Positions 40,640 through 50,258 of a DNA stretch of 64,000 nucleotides are shown piece after piece. The position numbers and the translations under genes are program-made. The notes under the pieces were generated by a model, which was not told the DNA's origin, made no database searches, and saw only the letters and a program-made list of their open reading frames with translations. Position 1 is the stretch's first letter. Every line of letters starts with the position of its first letter. The DNA lies in IMG/VR virus record IMGVR_UViG_3300004151_000006, positions 62,001-126,000 of that record. One strand, written 5' to 3'.

Positions 40640-41170
40640 ATGGAAAAGCTCAGCAAGGTCATCGGTACTATCGTTCCGTTTTCTTATAAGACGTCGACAT
40701 ATACCCGTGTGCTGGATAACTGTACACTATCCGATCATGACCAATACTACAACATCTGTCACATGGATGAAAATGAAGTCGTACAATCCATACTCGAATA
40801 TCTCTGTATCATGTTGTTGAATTATCATGTATTGGAAATACCGACAGGATCAATGTTTCGACTCATCTGTCATCCAAAAAACAGGAATCGGTTGCTCAAA
40901 GGACTCAACTCCGAAAAACTGAAAGAATACACGGTACAGCGTGATGGGGTGATTTCTTTGAAATTCACCTGGGATAACCTTCAAAAGGCTCAAGAGGTGG
41001 CTGGTTTCATAGATACTCAAAAAGGATTTATCATTCCGGATGAACCGGGTTGGCTCACCGTTTCCGATGAAGCTAAAGAGCTCATTGATGCCAATGGTGT
41101 TGAAAAGGTAGCAGAATTTCTGGCTACGGAATTTGTGGCCACACATATGGTGGATAAAACCAAAAACTGA
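40640..41170 (+). CDS. hypothetical protein
   Basis: GAGG RBS, 176 aa. Confidence 0.7.
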   Translation: MEKLSKVIGTIVPFSYKTSTYTRVLDNCTLSDHDQYYNICHMDENEVVQSILEYLCIMLLNYHVLEIPTGSMFRLICHPKNRNRLLKGLNSEKLKEYTVQRDGVISLKFTWDNLQKAQEVAGFIDTQKGFIIPDEPGWLTVSDEAKELIDANGVEKVAEFLATEFVATHMVDKTKN

Positions 41171-41180
41171 GGATACCATC

Positions 41181-41468
41181 ATGAAAAGTATTCGGACGAT
41201 ATTGATAGTGACGGTAATTTGTTTGTTTACCACGGTCGCATATGCCCAGCCTCGGGGATATGGTCCGGGACCAGGCCCTGGTCCTATCCTGGCATTGCCC
41301 ATATTCATGATGGGCATGCTCTTTGGTGGGATCATAGCATCGACCCCTTCTCCCCCACCGCAAGTGTACTATGTCCCACCGCCACAGTATCCGGGAGTAC
41401 CTTGTCCTCCAGGGTATATGTTTGTGCCACCCTATCCACCATATGGTGGATACTGTACACCACGATGA
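41181..41468 (+). CDS. Pro/Gly/Tyr-rich exported or membrane protein
   Basis: Signal peptide (AYA), GPGPGPGP, hydrophobic segment, PPPQY repeats. Confidence 0.7.
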   Translation: MKSIRTILIVTVICLFTTVAYAQPRGYGPGPGPGPILALPIFMMGMLFGGIIASTPSPPPQVYYVPPPQYPGVPCPPGYMFVPPYPPYGGYCTPR

Positions 41469-41476
41469 AAAGTCTC

Positions 41477-41507
41477 GATAGGGTGCTGCATAATGCAGCA
41501 CCCTATC
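41477..41507. repeat. 15-bp stem/1-nt loop followed by early promoter (41533-41544)
   Basis: GATAGGGTGCTGCAT-A-ATGCAGCACCCTATC. Confidence 0.92.
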
Positions 41508-41592
41508 ATCCATTGAAATTCATATATTTTTTAAATATATATTATTTTAATGTAATGATTAGTTAACCTTTAATTTATCCTTGGAGGATATC

Positions 41593-41931
41593 ATGGAATT
41601 TGTAACAAAAGAACCTGAAATGAAAGATAAAACAATACCTATTTCAGAATGTAAAATCGGTGATACTTTTATGCTGTGGACTACTGATGATCGAGTATTT
41701 ATGGTCACAGATGATGAAAACTTTTTTCATCGTGAAAGTCAGAATGTTGAAGCTGGTGGATTATTTCATATGAATAAAGGATTTGGTATTGAGTATAGTA
41801 AATGCATATTGACAATTGATCTTAAAAATAATAAATTGTATCTTTTTAATAAAAAGGTTAATGTGATCAAAGTTGATATTACCATAACTGTAAAGTTACC
41901 ACCAAAGATTGTGGTAGAAGGAGATAATTAA
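41593..41931 (+). CDS. hypothetical protein (paralogue of next gene)
   Basis: GDTFMLW..D.RVF..SQNVE..DLKNN.LY. Confidence 0.75.
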   Translation: MEFVTKEPEMKDKTIPISECKIGDTFMLWTTDDRVFMVTDDENFFHRESQNVEAGGLFHMNKGFGIEYSKCILTIDLKNNKLYLFNKKVNVIKVDITITVKLPPKIVVEGDN

Positions 41932-41966
41932 TGTCAGACATCATTCCACTAAATTAGGAGGAAAAC

Positions 41967-42305
41967 ATGAACTTGACCATGAAACATGACCAACCAAATT
42001 ATCGATCTTTAGCTGTAGCTAAATTGTGTGTTGGTGATGTATTTATGTTGTGGGCTGAAGATTCACGAGTATTTATAAAGCTTCAAGATGAAGAATTTAG
42101 AACAAGACCATCACAGAATATAGAAGGTTCATCCCTTTTGGATATGGGTGCGGCATTCGGTCATGAATATAATAAATATGTATTAGCAGTAGATCTTAAG
42201 AATAATATATTGTATGTGTTTAAAAAAGATACATCAGTTATTAAGGTTTCATATGAATTGAAAATCACACTACCATCAATTATGCTAAACAAAGGAGAAA
42301 ACTAA
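41967..42305 (+). CDS. hypothetical protein (paralogue of previous gene)
   Basis: GDVFMLW..D.RVF..SQNIE..DLKNN.LY. Confidence 0.75.
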   Translation: MNLTMKHDQPNYRSLAVAKLCVGDVFMLWAEDSRVFIKLQDEEFRTRPSQNIEGSSLLDMGAAFGHEYNKYVLAVDLKNNILYVFKKDTSVIKVSYELKITLPSIMLNKGEN

Positions 42306-42307
42306 AC

Positions 42308-43330
42308 ATGTCAGACATCATTCCACATCCGGATAACTCATGTGGTGGAAACTATTCTGATTGGTTAGATGTCATGCTTCTTCCGGAATGTAATGGACAT
42401 TGTTCTTGGTGTATTGAAAAAGATGGATATCATCCAGAAGAAAGAGCCAATGTAGATACATTGCTTGATAAAGTTAAATTGATTGGTAGAAAGAATATTG
42501 TGTTGCTTGGTGGTGAACCTTTTCTTTATCCAAATTTATTGCGATTAGTTAAAAGACTCCATGGAGATGGATTTAATGTATATATCACTACCAATGGTTC
42601 ATATATCACACATCCTATTTTTGAAGAGGTTGCACCATATTTGACTGGTATAAATTTTTCTATTCATCATCATGATTTACCTAGAAATCGAGTCATTACT
42701 GGGATCACTATAAATCAATATACATTATTTACTAAGATTCAATATTTGAAAAAGTTTGGTGTCAAAGTTAGATTTAATTGTAATTTGATCAGAGGACAAA
42801 TTGACACAGGTGTAGCATTTAATACCTATGTGATTTTCAGTAAAATGATGTATGCTGATTCAGTTAAGTTTTCAGAATTGTCTAATGTTGAACCTGAAGA
42901 TTTTGTCAGTATGAATGTCATTGGGATACCTGGATTAGATATCAATCTTTCTGCAGATCCTTTTATCCATGGATGTAGTAATAAATCATTCATCCACATG
43001 GAACAAATGATCCACCTTAAACAATCATGTGGTATCATTCAACATGGTATTGGTAGATCAGATCATAATGGTGTTGAATGTGTACTTAAACCAGTGTTGT
43101 ACTACGATGGATATATTTATTCTGGATGGAAAAGTAAAAATTGGAATGGTGAAAATATTGATTCTTTGTATGAAGCTAAGGATGTAACTGTTTATATGAC
43201 GAAAAGTAAATTTGAAGAAATCTCTAAATTGATGCCAGTCGTTGCAGAAAATTCATGTAGACGATCTACCCCATGTAAACAAACATATCAGTATACTGGT
43301 TGTCATAGTAGTGGGTGTGGGAGAGATTAA
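42308..43330 (+). CDS. radical SAM protein
   Basis: CNGHCSWC, LLGGEPFL, ITTNGS; Cys-rich C-terminus. Confidence 0.88.
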   Translation: MSDIIPHPDNSCGGNYSDWLDVMLLPECNGHCSWCIEKDGYHPEERANVDTLLDKVKLIGRKNIVLLGGEPFLYPNLLRLVKRLHGDGFNVYITTNGSYITHPIFEEVAPYLTGINFSIHHHDLPRNRVITGITINQYTLFTKIQYLKKFGVKVRFNCNLIRGQIDTGVAFNTYVIFSKMMYADSVKFSELSNVEPEDFVSMNVIGIPGLDINLSADPFIHGCSNKSFIHMEQMIHLKQSCGIIQHGIGRSDHNGVECVLKPVLYYDGYIYSGWKSKNWNGENIDSLYEAKDVTVYMTKSKFEEISKLMPVVAENSCRRSTPCKQTYQYTGCHSSGCGRD

Positions 43331-43331
43331 T

Positions 43332-43628
43332 ATGTGCAAAACCTATCGTGATTGTTTTCTTGAAGAGATGCAAAAACATAATGAATGTTTTGAAGATGTC
43401 AAATATCGCATTGGTAAAGGATTTGATCATCTTGATGAAACAGTACTTGAACACACTGATGCTACTCAACCCGAATTAGATATCGTCTTTCATGTATATA
43501 CGGATAATTGGTTATATTGTTTAAGATATTTTGAAGAATATGAAATTAATTTACATTGGTATGTAATTTCATTACCACTTCCTAATAATCCGCAGTTTAA
43601 AGATCTCGCCATTAAGGAGAAACCATGA
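43332..43628 (+). CDS. hypothetical protein
   Basis: Start revised from 43242; fills the operon gap. Confidence 0.6.
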   Translation: MCKTYRDCFLEEMQKHNECFEDVKYRIGKGFDHLDETVLEHTDATQPELDIVFHVYTDNWLYCLRYFEEYEINLHWYVISLPLPNNPQFKDLAIKEKP

Positions 43629-44437
43629 AAGTCAAACTCACCAAGGAAGCTAAACTTTTTGGGTATTATAATTGTATTGAGAGTAATGATGAATTTAATG
43701 ATTGGATTCAAATTAAACCAGACAATCAATACGATCTGATGCCGGCACTTAGTGCTTATATTGAAATTGAAGAAGGTTTTACTCTACGACATTTCTTTGA
43801 ATTCATCAAAGAGTATAAATTAGAAAATCTTCATAAGGGGTTTACTTCTTTCATGGTGTTTTATGAAAAGTATTGTAAAAATGGTCCTATTAAAATGGAT
43901 CCAAATTATGAATATCTTGAACTTAGTAGATGTACAATGCTTAATAGAAATAAAGTATTTTTTCAACGTAAACTCAAAGAAAAGATGCCCAAGATGGAAT
44001 TTAAACTCAAATATTCTACTCAAGATATGAGCCTTTCCATTTATGATGATCTAAATTTGATTGTGTGTGCATATAGAGATGATGAAGATGGTATGGGATG
44101 TAAAAAAGGTGATCCAATAGTTTATTCCATTAGTATGTTAACTATTAATAAGATTATTGACCTAGAGATACGCATTACACCCCGTGAATTTCAAATTGAA
44201 AAAGACCGCGAACGATATGAAGATTTTACTAACCATAAAATTGAAAAGTTTTTAATGGATGATTGGCACTTTACCCTGATTCAATTTATCCAAATTATCA
44301 TGGAAAGTATCACTGCTTGGGGTGATACAGTAGAAGAGAATGAAGCACATGAAGCATATATGTTAGATTGTGTAGATGAAGTAAAAGATAAAGAAGAAGT
44401 ATATAAAGTGTTGGGTCTAGACCAAGAGGAAGACTAA
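43625..44437 (+). CDS. paralogue family A member 1
   Basis: IEEGFTLRHFF...IIDLEIRI...FTLIQFI. Confidence 0.7.
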   Translation: MKVKLTKEAKLFGYYNCIESNDEFNDWIQIKPDNQYDLMPALSAYIEIEEGFTLRHFFEFIKEYKLENLHKGFTSFMVFYEKYCKNGPIKMDPNYEYLELSRCTMLNRNKVFFQRKLKEKMPKMEFKLKYSTQDMSLSIYDDLNLIVCAYRDDEDGMGCKKGDPIVYSISMLTINKIIDLEIRITPREFQIEKDRERYEDFTNHKIEKFLMDDWHFTLIQFIQIIMESITAWGDTVEENEAHEAYMLDCVDEVKDKEEVYKVLGLDQEED

Positions 44438-44439
44438 TC

Positions 44440-45306
44440 GTGAATAGACAACAACTTTCACAATACCCCGTGCATTTTGTACGTGGAATGGTGTTAGGTG
44501 AGATCACACCAAATCATTTCATCTGGGATACTGAATCGAAAAATTATCGAAGTATAGCTTTAGATTTTGACATAGTACTAAATCAAGAACAATATGACGA
44601 AGTATTTCCTTTACCTAAAGATATTGATATTTCACCAAATTTTGATATTGAAGCACGGTGTATCAAACAGAAAAAGACCATTGAAATGTTTAATGAATGT
44701 TATAAAAATGGATCAGAGCCGATTAGTTGGCTTAAATTCTTATTTGGTATTGATATATATATCAACCATCCTACTTTGGAATCGTATGAGATTTGGAAAC
44801 AATTTCATGAAGAAAGAATCAAAGCTAAACAAACTAAATTACCCAGACGTTTTGTGCGATCTGTTTTATGTGGTGAAATAAATTATACCCATTTTACAAA
44901 AGAGGATTATATTACCAAATCATGCACTTTTATTTCTCAAGATCTAATACGTATATATGGTCAAATTACAATCACTGAGGGTGAGTTTAATATATTATTT
45001 CCAGAAGATCCAAATAGAAATAAATTTTCTAATATATATGCATTTACTGAAAACCACAGAATGGGAATTGGGGTATTAAGAATTGCAGATGTATTGGTTC
45101 GTATGGCAGATTTTGCTAATATCGATGTAACTACGGTATTACGTTGTTTGACACAATTTAATCATGAATTTCCCAATGCAACTTTACTGCCAGCTGAATG
45201 TGTGAATGTAGCCATTGAACAATATCAACAACATAAAGAATCTATTGAGAAAAATTTTAATATAATTGAAGCTGTAGATATGGGAGGAACTGATCATGAT
45301 TCATAA
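44440..45306 (+). CDS. hypothetical protein with internal duplication
   Basis: PVHFVRGMVLGEITPNHF...QYDEVFP repeated as PRRFVRSVLCGEINYTHF...EFNILFP. Confidence 0.7.
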   Translation: MNRQQLSQYPVHFVRGMVLGEITPNHFIWDTESKNYRSIALDFDIVLNQEQYDEVFPLPKDIDISPNFDIEARCIKQKKTIEMFNECYKNGSEPISWLKFLFGIDIYINHPTLESYEIWKQFHEERIKAKQTKLPRRFVRSVLCGEINYTHFTKEDYITKSCTFISQDLIRIYGQITITEGEFNILFPEDPNRNKFSNIYAFTENHRMGIGVLRIADVLVRMADFANIDVTTVLRCLTQFNHEFPNATLLPAECVNVAIEQYQQHKESIEKNFNIIEAVDMGGTDHDS

Positions 45307-45739
45307 AACACACAGTGTGATAGATATTCTTGATCTAGAAAATAGAATAAATAAGGAAAAGATTGCTGTATTGCGGAATTTACTCAATACTAAATGTGTG
45401 GATGTTAATAACTTAGAAGATAGTCATGGACTTATTTTAAAATTTAACAAAGTCAATGGAATTGAACATTACATCTTGGAGGAATTGAAAAAATCCAGTG
45501 ATGCTGGTTTTGGTAAATTTAAGTGGATGATAGTGTACTGGTGTTTTGGTGGATTTGCTGGTGAGTGGTGGATTGATCATGCTGTAAATGTAGATGGGGA
45601 TATTGCAAGTGTTGAATTTGATAAAGATACAAACAGTCTTGTTTTAAAAATCACTACATTTAAAGATTGTGATGTATCGGCTCATATTAAATGTTTAATT
45701 TATTCTAGATATTTGTCTTGTATGGAAAAAGATATCTAA
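45296..45739 (+). CDS. hypothetical protein
   Basis: GGAGG RBS. Confidence 0.65.
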   Translation: MIHKTHSVIDILDLENRINKEKIAVLRNLLNTKCVDVNNLEDSHGLILKFNKVNGIEHYILEELKKSSDAGFGKFKWMIVYWCFGGFAGEWWIDHAVNVDGDIASVEFDKDTNSLVLKITTFKDCDVSAHIKCLIYSRYLSCMEKDI

Positions 45740-45770
45740 AGTTAAAACGTTATTTCAGAAACACTATAGA

Positions 45771-45802
45771 CTCATACTGGATACAGCTGTATCCAGTATG
45801 AG
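45771..45802. repeat. 32-bp perfect palindrome abutting an RBS
   Basis: CTCATACTGGATACAG|CTGTATCCAGTATGAG then AGGAGGAG. Confidence 0.95.
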
Positions 45803-45815
45803 AGGAGGAGCTCTT

Positions 45816-46520
45816 ATGGCTGAATATGTATTGTTAGATGGGACTAAAAAGGACCTTAATTTGGGATTTGCAGAAATCAACACTCCTGTCAGTGGTGAAA
45901 AATATCAAACTAAACAAAAATTCATTCCTGCTGAAAAAATCTATGAATATCTTAATTATCCGTTGATCCCAAATCAAATGACTATTCGTAAATATTTTCA
46001 ATTTATTGAAAGATATGGTCTGTTTAAGTTTCACCATCAGCTTAAAGATTATAATGATGCTGTAAAACAAGTGAAACCCCTCGAGAAAAAAGATGGATAT
46101 ATCAGAATGTGCAAACAACATGGCGTAGAATACACTGATGGTATGGAGAAGAAGATCTTAGAATTTTTAAATAGTCCTAAAGATAAATTATTAATTGATA
46201 CATCGATGTTATCGAGTGATCACATTTATGATGAGATGGCTATTTGGAGAAGACCTGCAGATAATAAAGATTTAGATGGTGTGCCCGAAGGATATTACAC
46301 TATCGGTGAATATATCCCAACTAGTTTAGCTATTTGTAAATTAGAAAATATCATTGATCTCCCTATTGTATTTGAAAATGATAAATGTATCATTGAATGT
46401 GGTATGGTAGAAGAGATACAGTTCCTTGATAATGAAAGTACCATCTCTCTTTATAACTTCATCTGGGGTGTGATCGATAGTCTTTGTGAAATGAATTGTG
46501 ATCCTAAGGGAAGGATTTAA
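45816..46520 (+). CDS. paralogue family A member 2
   Basis: YLNYPL..MTIRKYFQFIERY...LENIIDLPI...ISLYNFI. Confidence 0.7.
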   Translation: MAEYVLLDGTKKDLNLGFAEINTPVSGEKYQTKQKFIPAEKIYEYLNYPLIPNQMTIRKYFQFIERYGLFKFHHQLKDYNDAVKQVKPLEKKDGYIRMCKQHGVEYTDGMEKKILEFLNSPKDKLLIDTSMLSSDHIYDEMAIWRRPADNKDLDGVPEGYYTIGEYIPTSLAICKLENIIDLPIVFENDKCIIECGMVEEIQFLDNESTISLYNFIWGVIDSLCEMNCDPKGRI

Positions 46521-46525
46521 ATACA

Positions 46526-46936
46526 ATGAGTACTGAAAATGTTTTCAATAGATTTAAAAAGAAAATGGTTGCTTTTTTTAATAAGAAAATAAATGCCCTT
46601 TTTAGTGTAGAAATAGTCAATGGTGGACCACAGTCTGTAGTGGAAGATGAATCACCAGAACATGCAATTATTGGTATATCAGAACCTATGTATGGTGCAT
46701 TAAAATGTATTGCTATATCACATCATCTTTCCACGAATGAGGTTATACAACAATTTTTTAAACTTGGGTTTTTAGTCAATCATATCGAGCAGACTGGTGG
46801 TAAATTTGGTATTAAAAATAAAGATGCTAAACGTATTGAATATTGTTCCTTTTTAAAAGATCTAGATAGTAAGCGACAAGTAGCACGCTTACTTGATGAA
46901 GTCCTCAACACTTTACCAAAGAAGGAGGAAGACTAA
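46526..46936 (+). CDS. ribbon-helix-helix-like DNA-binding protein
   Basis: IGISEPMYGALKCIA...EVIQQFFKLG...QTGGKFGIK, similar to 47695..47907. Confidence 0.5.
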   Translation: MSTENVFNRFKKKMVAFFNKKINALFSVEIVNGGPQSVVEDESPEHAIIGISEPMYGALKCIAISHHLSTNEVIQQFFKLGFLVNHIEQTGGKFGIKNKDAKRIEYCSFLKDLDSKRQVARLLDEVLNTLPKKEED

Positions 46937-46937
46937 T

Positions 46938-47702
46938 ATGTTTATTTTGACTAAAGGTGGTAGTGTTTATTATACGGAACGTTCTTATGAGGATATTTTT
47001 CAGTTCCACATGGAATATATCCAGGGTATCATAGAGGATAATAAAGAAGTCACCTTGGTGACTAGTAATAAGATCTTACATAACATGCATGCGCAAGATG
47101 TATATTTGGAAGAAGGATACACATTCTTTGATTTCATCATGATGTTGGTGAATTATCCCAACCTTAAGTTGTTGAATGTATATATTCAAAGCCATCTGGA
47201 TCGATTGGAAACCATCGATCTCAATTATGTTGATGGTAAAACTTATGATGGTGGGCATCTGGGTATTCTTAAAATGTTTTATCCCCAAAATGAAGAACAT
47301 TATTTTGGTACTTTTGATACACAAAACACCCAATTACGATGGTTCTTTGATAAAAATGAAGAACGTCATGAGGGTGTAATGATCAATACTTGGGAAACCT
47401 ATAAAGAAATGGTCGGAAATAGTACTTTAAATTATGGTTGGATAGAACAATATGGTTATGGAATGGATGGTGAAATTCATTGGGATAAATTGATCAATAA
47501 TGAAATCTTTCTCATGTACAATATCTATGATTATGAAGATGGTACCATGATCTCCGAATGTCCCAGTATCAACTTTCATGAATTCTTGACTACACTATTG
47601 AATTCTGTGTGCTGCAGGCCAGCTGATGAAGTAGGTGGATATATTCAGTCTATCATTGGTAGTGATGATGAAGAATTAGAAGATGTGACAGAAGATGAGT
47701 AA
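46938..47702 (+). CDS. paralogue family A member 3
   Basis: VYLEEGYTFFDFIMMLVNYP...KLINNEI...INFHEFL. Confidence 0.7.
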   Translation: MFILTKGGSVYYTERSYEDIFQFHMEYIQGIIEDNKEVTLVTSNKILHNMHAQDVYLEEGYTFFDFIMMLVNYPNLKLLNVYIQSHLDRLETIDLNYVDGKTYDGGHLGILKMFYPQNEEHYFGTFDTQNTQLRWFFDKNEERHEGVMINTWETYKEMVGNSTLNYGWIEQYGYGMDGEIHWDKLINNEIFLMYNIYDYEDGTMISECPSINFHEFLTTLLNSVCCRPADEVGGYIQSIIGSDDEELEDVTEDE

Positions 47703-47907
47703 AAATATCAAACGATATAATCTAGCATTACCTAAACGGATAATGGATGATATCATTGAAGTATGTAAACAGGAAGGTATGACTATCCTGGAATTTATCA
47801 GAAAGTGTGTTCGTATGGGCGTATTTATCGACACTGCTATAAAACAAGGTGGGAGATTATACATTAAACGTAAAAATGGGAGTAAAGAATATTTGGAGAT
47901 CATTTGA
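47695..47907 (+). CDS. ribbon-helix-helix (CopG-like) protein
   Basis: RYNLALPKRIMDDIIEVCKQEGMTILEFIRKCVRMG. Confidence 0.65.
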   Translation: MSKNIKRYNLALPKRIMDDIIEVCKQEGMTILEFIRKCVRMGVFIDTAIKQGGRLYIKRKNGSKEYLEII

Positions 47908-47908
47908 T

Positions 47909-48346
47909 ATGATGAAAGAATTTAAATCTTTCATCAGGGCACTTACTGTAGCAAATCAATTTATTATAACAGATGATCCAATTGGAATGAAATTAAAAAG
48001 ACAGATATGTATGACATGTACTTTTGATTTTAGAGTCACATTAGTTATCTATACTGCTGGTTATTCAAACAAACTATCACACAATAAATTTAATGAATAT
48101 TTAGTTGCTTTAGTAAATTTTGAATATACGAATATCAGTAGTCTAAAACCTTGGATACAAGAGTATTGCGATAAATGGGGATATTCTTTTGAATCTCAAT
48201 ATCAAAAATTTAAGAAAGGTAAAGGTCAGATTTGGAGCTATTATGTACTTGAACAATATGTAAAATATTTAGAATTTGATATTTTTAAAGATTCTAAAAC
48301 TGAAATATTAGTTCTAGGCATGGTGGATATTTTGGAAAATATGTAA
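47909..48346 (+). CDS. hypothetical protein
   Basis: GGAG RBS; start revised from 47849. Confidence 0.6.
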   Translation: MMKEFKSFIRALTVANQFIITDDPIGMKLKRQICMTCTFDFRVTLVIYTAGYSNKLSHNKFNEYLVALVNFEYTNISSLKPWIQEYCDKWGYSFESQYQKFKKGKGQIWSYYVLEQYVKYLEFDIFKDSKTEILVLGMVDILENM

Positions 48347-48350
48347 TAAA

Positions 48351-48397
48351 GTACACTACAGGGGTATAGTCGAGATGACTATACCCCTGTAGTGTAC
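48351..48397. repeat. 21-bp stem inverted repeat followed by early promoter (48416-48436)
   Basis: GTACACTACAGGGGTATAGTC-GAGAT-GACTATACCCCTGTAGTGTAC. Confidence 0.92.
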
Positions 48398-48471
48398 ACA
48401 AATTCATGTGTTTTTAAATATATATTATTCGAGTGATAAACATTATTTCTTCTCAACGGAGGAGTGTACAT

Positions 48472-49530
48472 ATGTCTTATTTGGAGAATCGACCACAAAT
48501 ACAATTAGAGTTGGATGATATCTTAAATGTGGATTCAAATCGATCGATTCCTGATTTAGAATGGTTCTATGAACAGATTATACAAGATCGTTTCGAATTA
48601 TTGGAAAAAGATACAGTAGTTTATGATAAATTACGTGATAAAATTTCCATTCCAGGCAAGCAGGTACGAGAAAATGAAACCAAAGAATGTATAAAACATT
48701 ATTTAAAATTGAGATTGAAGGGATTGATTGAAATCCCAAATGTCAGACAAATTGATTTTCATCGATTTGTATGGATGTATTATCATCGTCAGTTGATACC
48801 GGAAGGATATCAGATACACCATAAAGATGAAGATAAGTGGAATAATTGGCATGAAAATTTAGAACTAATAACTCTAAAAGAACATGTTGGGCATCACTAT
48901 AATAAAAATAATGGAGTTAACTTACATTCGGAAGTCTCTAAAAATGAATCGTTGGTAGGAAATCTGGAATTTAATAAATTGAGAAAGAAATATTTTTATA
49001 TGGGCAATATGAAATTGTGTTCATGCTGCAACAGATTTCTTACATTGGATAAATTTACTAAAGACGGTGGAACGCATGCTGCTATAAATTTTAGACCAGA
49101 ATGTAAAGAATGTAGAAGTGTGCGTCGTAGCAAAACATCAAAAGAGATCTATCAATTTCCACTAGGTATGCTCAATGACTACATCATCACCGATATACGA
49201 TTCAAATTTAATATCATGAATTGGACTTTTAATGCGATTCTAAAGAAATATATTTCAGAAGGGCTCACTGAAGAAACTCTCAAGGATATACTTTTAGGTA
49301 AGACCTATACTCATCTTAAACTAGTACATGGTAAAAGTAATACCACGTATAGAAATCCAGAATATGTAACAGAAATCGAGTACAACCATATCCGTACAGC
49401 CAAAGCACAAGCTGACTTTACTATAGATGAACTTTGTATGATCTATGGAAGAGATAAAGAGATTATAGAAACTATATTGAAACATAGAAATTATGAAAAT
49501 ACATTTGGGCAACACATTATATGTGAATAG
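48472..49530 (+). CDS. HNH homing endonuclease with zinc finger
   Basis: HRFVW...PEGYQIHHKDEDKWNNWHENLEL; CSCC...CKEC. Confidence 0.85.
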   Translation: MSYLENRPQIQLELDDILNVDSNRSIPDLEWFYEQIIQDRFELLEKDTVVYDKLRDKISIPGKQVRENETKECIKHYLKLRLKGLIEIPNVRQIDFHRFVWMYYHRQLIPEGYQIHHKDEDKWNNWHENLELITLKEHVGHHYNKNNGVNLHSEVSKNESLVGNLEFNKLRKKYFYMGNMKLCSCCNRFLTLDKFTKDGGTHAAINFRPECKECRSVRRSKTSKEIYQFPLGMLNDYIITDIRFKFNIMNWTFNAILKKYISEGLTEETLKDILLGKTYTHLKLVHGKSNTTYRNPEYVTEIEYNHIRTAKAQADFTIDELCMIYGRDKEIIETILKHRNYENTFGQHIICE

Positions 49531-49538
49531 TTCTTAGT

Positions 49539-49615
49539 GGCCGGGTAGCACAGAGGCAGTTTGCGCCCCGCTTACACCGGGGAGGTCGGGATTTCAAAAT
49601 TCCCCCTGGCCACCA
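49539..49615 (+). tRNA. tRNA-Val(UAC), CCA encoded
   Basis: Acceptor GGCCGGG/CCTGGCC, anticodon arm CCCCG-CTTACAC-CGGGG, T-loop TTCAAAA, 3' ACCA. Confidence 0.85.
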
Positions 49616-49621
49616 ATCAAT

Positions 49622-49694
49622 TCCTCGGTAGCACAATTGGCAGTGCTGGCGACTGTTAATCGCCCCGTTGGCAGTTCGAGTCTGTCCCGAGGAG
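49622..49694 (+). tRNA. tRNA-Asn(GUU), CCA not encoded
   Basis: Acceptor TCCTCGG/CCGAGGA, anticodon arm GGCGA-CTGTTAA-TCGCC, T-arm GGCAG-TTCGAGT-CTGTC. Confidence 0.92.
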
Positions 49695-49742
49695 AAGATA
49701 TCGGAGCGATTTCGCTCCGACCATATATTGAGCAGTGTGATC

Positions 49743-49772
49743 ACCAGAGCACCCAGTATTGGGTGCTCTGGT
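49743..49772. repeat. 13-bp stem inverted repeat followed by early promoter (49798-49818)
   Basis: ACCAGAGCACCCA-GTAT-TGGGTGCTCTGGT; a further hairpin at 49701-49720. Confidence 0.88.
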
Positions 49773-49852
49773 AGTCCTCGATTCTCATATATTTTTTAAA
49801 TATATATTATTTTAGTGAACATGGATGTTTAAACTTTTTTAAGAGGGGTTAT

Positions 49853-50257
49853 ATGGAACCAAAATTTATGAAAACTACATTCTCTCAAATACTATACGTA
49901 CTTCAATTTACTTCTTATCATGATCGACATGATAATAGTGATTATATCAATGAATATTTGGAATTCTTACATAGCTGGAATGATTGGGATAGTTGGGAAA
50001 ATAGGGCTAAATATAGAGGCTTAGCTAATTATATTCTTTGCATGAATCTCTGGATAATAGTCAAGAAATTACAATATCGATATCAATATAAAGAAGGATA
50101 TTCCAATCTTATTATAAATTTGAAAGATTTTTTATATGAGAATAAAATTCCTATCAATGAACAATTTGACTATCAATATATTCTAGGCTATCTTTTTGGA
50201 TTTTCTGATAGATATAAATTAGGTATTGATGATATCTTTAAAAAGGAGGAGTCCTAA
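49853..50257 (+). CDS. hypothetical protein
   Basis: GAGG RBS; ILGYLFGF motif. Confidence 0.65.
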   Translation: MEPKFMKTTFSQILYVLQFTSYHDRHDNSDYINEYLEFLHSWNDWDSWENRAKYRGLANYILCMNLWIIVKKLQYRYQYKEGYSNLIINLKDFLYENKIPINEQFDYQYILGYLFGFSDRYKLGIDDIFKKEES

Positions 50258-50258
50258 C

